Part shown: in pieces, positions 57,797-64,000 of the stretch
Position numbering within the stretch: position 1 is the stretch's first letter
Layout: the number at the start of each line of letters is the position of its first letter
Assembly (NCBI GenBank): GCA_045591525.1
Contig: JAZNTA010000191.1
Location: forward strand, 31,461-95,460
Source of the DNA: Acutalibacteraceae bacterium
GTDB lineage: Bacteria; Bacillota; Clostridia; Oscillospirales; Acutalibacteraceae
DNA length: 64,000 nt
Direction: 5' to 3'
The notes under the pieces: model-generated
What the model saw: the letters and a program-made list of their open reading frames with translations, nothing else
Databases searched by the model: none
What the model was told of the DNA's origin: nothing
Program-made: the position numbers and the translations under genes

Positions 57797-59515
57797 ATGC
57801 CTTTAAAAGATGTAGAATTAATGTTATCAACTCTTGCAGAAATACAAAATTTACACATTAATACATGTAAACAGTTTAATAATCATGATTATTGGGGTAT
57901 TTTTGAGTGTGATTTAATCATAAAAGAAGTTTGCAGCACTCCAATATTGATATGTATACCAAATAATTGGACAACCGAATTAATTGATATATATATCAAG
58001 AATTATAATAATTTTAATTTCATCCCCCATGTGGATGTTTTTGGCAAAATTTGTTTGTTTAAAACAGAAGGTTTGTTGATTGAACACAACTTAGTAGGTT
58101 TAGTAGAACAATCTATAGAGAGAGCTAAGAAGATTTTACTTGATGGATTAACAGATTCAAACAAAAAAGATTTTATTGACGAATTTGAATCATACTGGAT
58201 TCAACTACCACAAGAAAAATCATGTTATTTTGTTTTACCCAAAGACGAAAAAAACGCTGTTATTAAATTTACTTTTGGAAAAAATAAAACGAAAAACAGC
58301 TCCATATTATTTGTTTGTGAAACTCAAGAAAGATTAAACCAATGGAATATTGATTCAGGAACTTTTTTTAACGCTGCATATTTTGTTTTAGATGCAAAAG
58401 ATTATATTTATCCACCTGATATACGCAATAAAGTTTCTGTAGATTTTTTAAATAAATTATTGAAGTTAGTACCATACAATGTAGCTGCATCAATTTTAAG
58501 AAAACTTAGCAGAGAAAAACTTATTGTTTTTTTATTAAAACAACCTGATGGAACCAAGAATTATGTGGGTTTTTATTTAACTGGTAATATAATAGATAAT
58601 AAAATTTCTTTCTCATTTGAAAAAACGAATGAAGTTCAACCGGTTTATATAAACATACTAAACAAAACTTTTCTTATGACTAGAACTAATTTCAGTAAAT
58701 TTAATTTGCATGAAAAGAGAATATTAGTTATAGGCTGTGGTTCTGTTGGTGGATATCTTGTTAACGAATTGGCAAAATCTGGATATGAAAAAATAACTAT
58801 TGTTGATAATGATAAACTTCGCCAAGAAAATATATTCAGGCACATTCTTGGCCTAAAATATTTAACACAATACAAGAGTGTTGCTTTAAAAGATTTAATA
58901 GAGAAAAATATTCCCGAAACTTCCTTAATAACCTCAGTAGAAAAAATAGAAAATGCGATATCTAATAACGAAATAAATCTACTAGACTATGATTTAATAA
59001 TTTCTGCAACAGGTAATCATAATGTTAATAGATGGTTGAATTCATATATTTATAAACATCAAATTTCCGTGCCTATTATATATGCATGGAATGAAGTTTT
59101 AGGTATAGGTAATCATGTTGCACATTTTAAATATGGTAATGCTGGATGTTATAATTGTCTTTTTAAAAAAGACGATAATCTAAAACCACTGTATGACAGA
59201 ACCGCCTATTGTGAACCTAACCAAGATATTACCCAAAGTATTGGTGGTTGTGCAGATACGTATATTCCATATGGTAACTCAGTGTCATTACGTACGGTAT
59301 GTATGTGTTTAGATTTAATACAAGATATATTTTCTGGAAAAACATCCGAAAATCTTATAATATCATCAAAAGGTAATCCTCAATATTTTATTGAACAAGG
59401 GTATAAAGTTTCTAATAGATATTTAAAGCAAACAGAAACTGTCGAGATTATTAATGGTAGTGATTTTATAAACAACGAATGTGGTGTGTGTTGCAGTGAT
59501 CTTAGAAACCAATAA
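57797..59515 (+). CDS. cap2: Cap2 (E2-like N-terminus fused to a ThiF/E1-like adenylyltransferase)
   Basis: Rossmann 'ILVIGCGSVGGYLVNELAKSG...IVDNDKL' and paired Cys 'CYNC'; 572 aa. Confidence 0.8.
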   Translation: MPLKDVELMLSTLAEIQNLHINTCKQFNNHDYWGIFECDLIIKEVCSTPILICIPNNWTTELIDIYIKNYNNFNFIPHVDVFGKICLFKTEGLLIEHNLVGLVEQSIERAKKILLDGLTDSNKKDFIDEFESYWIQLPQEKSCYFVLPKDEKNAVIKFTFGKNKTKNSSILFVCETQERLNQWNIDSGTFFNAAYFVLDAKDYIYPPDIRNKVSVDFLNKLLKLVPYNVAASILRKLSREKLIVFLLKQPDGTKNYVGFYLTGNIIDNKISFSFEKTNEVQPVYINILNKTFLMTRTNFSKFNLHEKRILVIGCGSVGGYLVNELAKSGYEKITIVDNDKLRQENIFRHILGLKYLTQYKSVALKDLIEKNIPETSLITSVEKIENAISNNEINLLDYDLIISATGNHNVNRWLNSYIYKHQISVPIIYAWNEVLGIGNHVAHFKYGNAGCYNCLFKKDDNLKPLYDRTAYCEPNQDITQSIGGCADTYIPYGNSVSLRTVCMCLDLIQDIFSGKTSENLIISSKGNPQYFIEQGYKVSNRYLKQTETVEIINGSDFINNECGVCCSDLRNQ

Positions 59516-59999
59516 ACGAAAAATAAAAGTAAATAATACACTTTTACAAATAATGCGACAATATATACAATTCACCCATAGTGACACCGAAGCTGGTGGA
59601 ATATTAGTAGGTCGGGAAAATATTAGTGATTCAAATTTAATTATAGAACACATTAGCACACCTTTGCCAAATGATATTAGAACCCGATGCAGATATATTA
59701 GGAAAGATGAAGGTCATATAGATTTTTATAATCAATTATATAGAGATACTAATGGTATATATGCATACGTAGGTGAATGGCATACTCATCCGGAAGATGT
59801 TCCACGGTATTCGATTATTGATTTGAAAAACTGGAAAAGAATTGCTAAAGAGCATCCAATGGATAAACAATATCATTTTATTATTGGCAGACAACAGATT
59901 GCGATTTGGGAAATGAATAAAAAGCAAATTAAACCTATATTGATTGGAATGGTTGATTGGAATGAAAAATTTTTGCAAGAAAATAGTAGTGAATGCTAG
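59496..59999 (+). CDS. cap3: Cap3 (JAB/JAMM isopeptidase)
   Basis: 'EAGGILVG' and 'GEWHTHPEDVPRYSIID' JAMM motif; start uncertain (GTG 59481, 59484 or 59496). Confidence 0.8.
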   Translation: MILETNKRKIKVNNTLLQIMRQYIQFTHSDTEAGGILVGRENISDSNLIIEHISTPLPNDIRTRCRYIRKDEGHIDFYNQLYRDTNGIYAYVGEWHTHPEDVPRYSIIDLKNWKRIAKEHPMDKQYHFIIGRQQIAIWEMNKKQIKPILIGMVDWNEKFLQENSSEC

Positions 60000-60786
60000 A
60001 CCAATATCACAGATTATAATCATAGTAATAGCTTTTCTACTACCAATAATATTGGACTTTACCGGACTATTTACACCACCTGATGATACTGTAAGTGTAG
60101 ATATAAAGCATAATCTACTTGTGATATTATGGTCTTATGGTAATATTGCGATCGGTTTTGCTTTTTCTATCACAGTATTGTTTTTAATGAGGAAATTTAA
60201 TAAGGATGTTTCTTTTAATCATGGAAATACTTATAAGGATTATCCTTTCTTTTGGTATTGGTTTTGTTCTAAAGTTTTAGGATATGAAAAATGCAATTTG
60301 GTATTAGTCCCTATACACCTTCAGTTTAAACTTGTCTTAAATGATACATTTAAAGAATATTTTTGGGAAAACATTGAAACTCATGAAGATATAAAATTCA
60401 CCAAGGATAAGCGAAATATGACGGTAGTATCAAATGAAATTAATATAGTCATTGCAGACACGTATCCTATTGAAAAAAAGCAATTACCACAAAATAAAAA
60501 AGGTAATCCAACAATATGGATTTCAAGAGATAAAGAATTAGTTAACTGTAGATATTATAGTAATAAATTCGTTGATGCTGTTATTAATGCAGTCAAAGAA
60601 AATGAAAATACATACAAAACTATAAATATTTTTGCAACAACAAATCCCGAAAGTACTTTTAATGTTTGTCGAAAAGCAATAAAATCTGGAGATAGAAGTA
60701 GTTTTGACAAAGTTATAGTTTTTCAACAAGATAGCGATGGCATAAGGAAATTTAAACCCAAGGGAAAAACTGTTTACAAACGCTAA
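59962..60786 (+). CDS. putative CBASS effector: two N-terminal TM helices plus an unassigned C-terminal domain
   Basis: Overlaps the cap3 3' end; TM 'IIIIVIAFLLPIILDF' and 'ILWSYGNIAIGFAFSITVLFL'. Confidence 0.6.
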   Translation: MKNFCKKIVVNARPISQIIIIVIAFLLPIILDFTGLFTPPDDTVSVDIKHNLLVILWSYGNIAIGFAFSITVLFLMRKFNKDVSFNHGNTYKDYPFFWYWFCSKVLGYEKCNLVLVPIHLQFKLVLNDTFKEYFWENIETHEDIKFTKDKRNMTVVSNEINIVIADTYPIEKKQLPQNKKGNPTIWISRDKELVNCRYYSNKFVDAVINAVKENENTYKTINIFATTNPESTFNVCRKAIKSGDRSSFDKVIVFQQDSDGIRKFKPKGKTVYKR

Positions 60787-60795
60787 AGCTCTTTT

Positions 60796-60876
60796 GGGGG
60801 TGTTTACCTGTTAATTCGGGAGAGCGTTTGACTGGCAGTCAAGAGGTCATGGGTTCGATCCCCACCGTCTCCACCA
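60796..60876 (+). tRNA. tRNA-Ala(GGC)-like element, probable pseudogene or att remnant
   Basis: Canonical from the D-arm to CCA: D-loop A..GG.A, anticodon loop CU-GGC-AG, AGGTC variable loop, GGGTTCGATCCC T-arm. Acceptor GGGGGTG/CGTCTCC keeps G3:U70, but 5 extra nt lie between the acceptor and the D-stem. Confidence 0.5.
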
Positions 60877-60917
60877 AAGAAAAAGAGTAGCTTTTGAGTC
60901 GTACTCTAAAGGACAAA

Positions 60918-60959
60918 AAGAGTTAATGTAGCAAAAACTGCATTAACTCTTACTTTTTT
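60918..60959 (+). terminator. intrinsic terminator
   Basis: AGAGTTAATG...CATTAACTCT plus a T6 run. Confidence 0.7.
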
Positions 60960-61001
60960 GCACTGTCACTAAAAGTGGTGAGTAAGTGCGCTTTTAACTT
61001 T

Positions 61002-61170
61002 AAGTGATATTCTTTCCTTCGGAAAGAGTGATATTATGCACTTTTCGGCATAGTGATATTGAAATCTTCGATTTCAGTGTTATTTTATTCGCATAAAACT
61101 GTCCGAAGGACAATATCACAATGCGTAGCATTATATAACTGCGAAGCAATATCACTCGCCGCAAGGCGAA
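61002..61170 (+). repeat. array of GTGATATT words alternating with tetraloop mini-hairpins
   Basis: GTGATATT at 61003, 61028 and 61053 and GTGTTATT at 61077 (25-nt period). Inverted AATATCAC at 61112 and 61148. Spacers are small TTCG/GAAG/GCAA-loop hairpins. Confidence 0.7.
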
Positions 61171-61177
61171 TAAAACT

Positions 61178-61220
61178 GCGTGAGTGTCCTCAGGACACCC
61201 ACGCTTTTGCTACTCTTTTT
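61178..61220 (+). terminator. intrinsic terminator
   Basis: GCGTGaGTGTCCtcaGGACACcCACGC followed by a T-rich tract. Confidence 0.65.
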
Positions 61221-61339
61221 CTTTTGATTAAATAAAACGGGGAGCGAACCCATCGTCCATCTCGTGCGGTTCGCCTTGGCGGAGCACGAGGGACATATAA
61301 TCGGGGTAATTTGCGTAGCAAATGCGAGGGGCTTGCCCC

Positions 61340-61361
61340 TCGATCCCCACCGTCTACACCA
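61340..61361 (+). repeat. 22-bp direct repeat of the tRNA-like 3' end (att-like)
   Basis: TCGATCCCCACCGTCTACACCA versus 60855-60876 TCGATCCCCACCGTCTCCACCA (21/22). Confidence 0.75.
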
Positions 61362-61388
61362 TAGTACATCGAACAATTATTTTTTTCC

Positions 61389-61420
61389 ACTTTCAGAGTG
61401 GGTGTTTTTGTTTTTATGCG
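61389..61420 (+). terminator. intrinsic terminator
   Basis: CCACTttcagAGTGG followed by GTGTTTTTGTTTTT. Confidence 0.6.
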
Positions 61421-61434
61421 TTATTTTCAATTTA

Positions 61435-61463
61435 TTGAAACATTGATTAATTTGTGATATAAT
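61435..61463 (+). promoter_or_regulatory. sigma-A promoter
   Basis: TTGAAA, 17 nt, TATAAT. Confidence 0.65.
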
Positions 61464-61498
61464 TAATCAGATTCAAAAATTATCAAGGTGGAGTGCAT

Positions 61499-62650
61499 AT
61501 GAAAAAACAAATCTTTAAAACTGTTCTTAAAGTGTTTATTACTGCTTTCCTTAGTCTTGCAATGTTACTCCTTGTGCTTTTTGTGTCTTCTGTTATAGCA
61601 GGCTTCGTGCAGATTGACAAAAATACCGAATACCAAGACGAGCACCTTGAATACCTGAAAAATGAATATTATACCGAATCTTATGTTCCTTGTGACGAAC
61701 AAAAGCTTGCGAATTTTGACATTGAAAAAGCTTTTTCTGAAGGCGTGAAGCTTAACGAAATTGCAGTTATGGGAACTCACAACAGCTATCAGTTGCTCGG
61801 AACACTCCCGAAGCGAGGGCTGATGAAGACTCTTGAGATTTTTTCTTTCGGTGTGGTGGAAAATAAGGCTGTTTTTGAAATGGATACATTTACCGAGCAG
61901 TTGGAATATGGAATAAGAAACCTTGAAATTGATATTGAAACCGTAGATAATGAGGGTGACACCAGTTTTATTGTTACCCACAGTGCTATAATTGACAATG
62001 TATCAAGTGCTTATAACTTTGCCAAGGGACTTGAAGAAATTGCAATGTGGTCAGATAACAATCCGGGTCATTTACCGATATACTTGCTTATTGAGCCTAA
62101 AGATGGTGTTCCTTCAATAAATAACATGAAGAACTTCTCTCTTGAATATGCACTGGAGTTTGACAAGGTACTAAGGCAGGTGCTTGGCGATAGGTTGCTC
62201 ACGCCGGCGCAAGCAATGGGAGAATATGAAAGCTTTGAAGAAATGCGAAAATCTGACGATTGGCCTGCTCTAACACAGGTTGCAGGCAAGATTATTGTAT
62301 TGATGCACCCCTGCAGTGTTACACAGGAATATATCGACACTGACACATCAATCAAAACTCAGGCGATGTTCCCAATGCTCAGATTCGGGGATATTGACAA
62401 AACCTATGCATCATTTATTCTTGATAACGATCCTGTAAGTGCAGCTGAAAACAACAAAAAGACAGTTGATGAAAATAATCTTATGGTAAGAACCAGGGCA
62501 GATGATTACCCTGATTTTAGTGATGAAAGGTATAACTTTGCAGATAACTGCGGTTCACACATTATCACAACGGATTATCCTCCCCGTTCTGTAAGAAAAG
62601 ACGATCACACCTACACATTTGGTGGCTATACGATAAAACTGCTTAAGTGA
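61499..62650 (+). CDS. PI-PLC-like phosphodiesterase (membrane-anchored or secreted)
   Basis: AAGGTGGAG RBS plus ATG 61499; N-terminal TM; 'VMGTHNSYQ' motif of the Ca-dependent PI-PLC-like family. Confidence 0.6.
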   Translation: MKKQIFKTVLKVFITAFLSLAMLLLVLFVSSVIAGFVQIDKNTEYQDEHLEYLKNEYYTESYVPCDEQKLANFDIEKAFSEGVKLNEIAVMGTHNSYQLLGTLPKRGLMKTLEIFSFGVVENKAVFEMDTFTEQLEYGIRNLEIDIETVDNEGDTSFIVTHSAIIDNVSSAYNFAKGLEEIAMWSDNNPGHLPIYLLIEPKDGVPSINNMKNFSLEYALEFDKVLRQVLGDRLLTPAQAMGEYESFEEMRKSDDWPALTQVAGKIIVLMHPCSVTQEYIDTDTSIKTQAMFPMLRFGDIDKTYASFILDNDPVSAAENNKKTVDENNLMVRTRADDYPDFSDERYNFADNCGSHIITTDYPPRSVRKDDHTYTFGGYTIKLLK

Positions 62651-62673
62651 AAAATTAGAATATACAACTTACA

Positions 62674-62710
62674 AAAAACGAGTAGAGCTTTAAAACTCTA
62701 TTCGTTTTTT
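62674..62710. terminator. bidirectional terminator between convergent genes
   Basis: AACGAGTAGAG...CTCTATTCGTT flanked by A and T runs. Confidence 0.65.
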
Positions 62711-62711
62711 C

Positions 62712-63503
62712 TTATTCATCATAAATAACACTTGCATTAGTAAACGAGTCATTAATATCTATCAATACATCAAGAACAAATTCATCTTCTATTTGTTTCG
62801 TGCATTTAACACCACGGTAATAATATCTATATTCTGTGTCTGTCATACCGTAGCCAAAGAAAACATTAATTGTAACACCGTCCATGCCGCAACAATATTG
62901 GGCGATTTCATTGGGTTCAGAACACTCTATGCCACCCCAAAGCTTAATTCTGTTATCAAAAAGCTCATCTTTTTCAAACATTCTTAATGACACTTTATTT
63001 TCATCGCTCAAGAGATAGAAGAAATAGTCTCCTTTTTTTACGGTTTTAATAATTTTCATATTTTCGGACTCGCCCAAACTTTCTTTTTTACTTATTTGGT
63101 TTAAAATTGCGATTTCATTATCCGTTGGCACGCTGTTGAAAAAATGATATACAGGATAAGACAAGGCAGAAGCTGAAATCAGCAAAACTATTATAATTAC
63201 AGCAAATAAAACCGCTCGTTTAAGCCTTTTATTATCGTTTTTCATTGTTCTTACAACCACTTCATCACTAACCGCAGGGAGTTTTTCCGTTTCAATTTTT
63301 TCTCCTTGTAATATTTCTATAACTGTAACTCCGAGAATTTCTGACAAAGCAGTCAGAAGAGCTATATCAGGAGCACTTCTGCCCGTTTCCCACTTTGAAA
63401 CCGCTTTATCTGTTACATTTAATTTTTCGGCTAACTCTTTTTGAGTTAGTCCTTTTTCTTTTCTCAGTTCAGAAATAAATTTACCAATTTGAAAAGCGTT
63501 CAT
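62712..63503 (-). CDS. XRE-HTH regulator with TM helix and extracytoplasmic domain
   Basis: 'LTQKELAEKLNVTDKAVSKWETGRSAPD' HTH, TM 'VLFAVIIIVLLISASAL'. Confidence 0.75.
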   Translation of the reverse strand: MNAFQIGKFISELRKEKGLTQKELAEKLNVTDKAVSKWETGRSAPDIALLTALSEILGVTVIEILQGEKIETEKLPAVSDEVVVRTMKNDNKRLKRAVLFAVIIIVLLISASALSYPVYHFFNSVPTDNEIAILNQISKKESLGESENMKIIKTVKKGDYFFYLLSDENKVSLRMFEKDELFDNRIKLWGGIECSEPNEIAQYCCGMDGVTINVFFGYGMTDTEYRYYYRGVKCTKQIEDEFVLDVLIDINDSFTNASVIYDE

Positions 63504-63695
63504 AACTGTGCGCCTCCTTATGTTTCTGATAAAATTATATATTAATCCGCAGAAATAGTCACTCTACCGATGGTAGAATAATACTAAACTCACAAAAAAC
63601 AAATCAATTTATCTATTTTGATGTTAATTGAAATGTTTAAACACTTATGCTACAATTAATTTAATTAATACCAAACCACTCTGCGAGGGATTATT

Positions 63696-64000
63696 ATGAA
63701 AAATTATGATATTGCTGCATTTATTTGGCCGTCTTATACAGGTGATGAACCAAGAACGCGTATTTTCTGGCCTGATGGCATTGGTGAATGGCAGACTGTT
63801 AAAGCTATGACCGATAAAGGCTACAAGGGTTGCCGTTGGCCTCGCATACCCACCTGGGGTTATATAAACGAGGCTGACAGCTCTGTTATGGAAATGCAGA
63901 TAGATTGTGCCGTTTCTCATGGAGTGAATGTTTTTATTTACGACTGGTATTGGTATGACAACAGACCATTTCTTGAAAACTGCCTCAATGATGGTTTCCT
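63696..64000 (+). CDS. glycoside-hydrolase-99-like/WbsX-like protein, N-terminal part (3' end outside window)
   Basis: GAGGGA RBS plus ATG 63696; my translation is open to the window end; 'VFIYDWYWYDNRPFLE' resembles the WbsX/GH99-like family (from memory); not in the supplied ORF track. Confidence 0.5.
   Translation, partial: MKNYDIAAFIWPSYTGDEPRTRIFWPDGIGEWQTVKAMTDKGYKGCRWPRIPTWGYINEADSSVMEMQIDCAVSHGVNVFIYDWYWYDNRPFLENCLNDGF

Noticed and set aside
60823-60876. Reading GGAGAGCG...GGTTCGATCCCCACCGTCTCCACCA as a tmRNA (ssrA) 3' fragment or a mini tRNA-like domain
   Set aside because: The segment aligns position by position with a standard tRNA: D-loop A..GG.A, a 7-nt anticodon loop CU-GGC-AG and an AGGTC variable loop. 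A tRNA-Ala-like origin explains it better, and no mRNA-like domain or tag ORF is nearby.
61002-61170. Possible CRISPR array
   Set aside because: The repeats are only 8-9 nt at a 25-nt period, some are inverted, the spacers are themselves hairpins, and no cas genes are present.
61152-61446. ORFs 61152-61376, 61190-61390 and 61264-61446
   Set aside because: They overlap each other on both strands inside a GC-rich hairpin region next to the tRNA-like repeat. They have no RBS and Arg/Pro/Gly-rich translations typical of non-coding GC islands.

Overview
AT-rich Firmicutes/Clostridia-type DNA; dockerin modules hint at a Ruminococcus-like host (low confidence). All family calls come from motifs read by eye, with no searches run.

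- **1-17 kb:** conjugation backbone of an ICE or conjugative transposon. It carries VirB2/VirB6/VirB3-like proteins, a split VirB4, an NlpC/P60 hydrolase, an RHH protein plus MobL-like relaxase, a Toprim/DUF3991 protein and a VirD4 coupling protein.
- **17-52.7 kb:** accessory region.
  - A roughly 10.7 kb segment bounded by 85-bp direct repeats holds a tyrosine recombinase, a PLP-enzyme/pentapeptide-TM gene pair and a leaderless S8 peptidase.
  - Further cargo is two Sec-type RHS/YD polymorphic toxins with putative immunity genes, a membrane-embedded NACHT NTPase, dockerin proteins and an agr-like quorum-sensing locus.
  - That locus comprises an XRE regulator, a LytTR regulator, an AgrC-like kinase, an AgrD-like peptide and AgrB.
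  - **Main signal:** a conserved 31-bp box, two 10-bp direct repeats at a 21-bp period, precedes at least seven accessory operons. I read this as a LytTR/agr regulon driving a toxin arsenal.
- **52.9-55.6 kb:** sigma-like protein, an unexplained structured GC-rich segment, and a large serine recombinase.
- **55.8-60.8 kb:** type II CBASS (CD-NTase, Cap2, Cap3, 2TM effector).
- **60.8-61.4 kb:** tRNA-Ala-like element, a 22-bp att-like repeat and unusual hairpin arrays.
- **Beyond about 61.4 kb:** chromosome-like genes.
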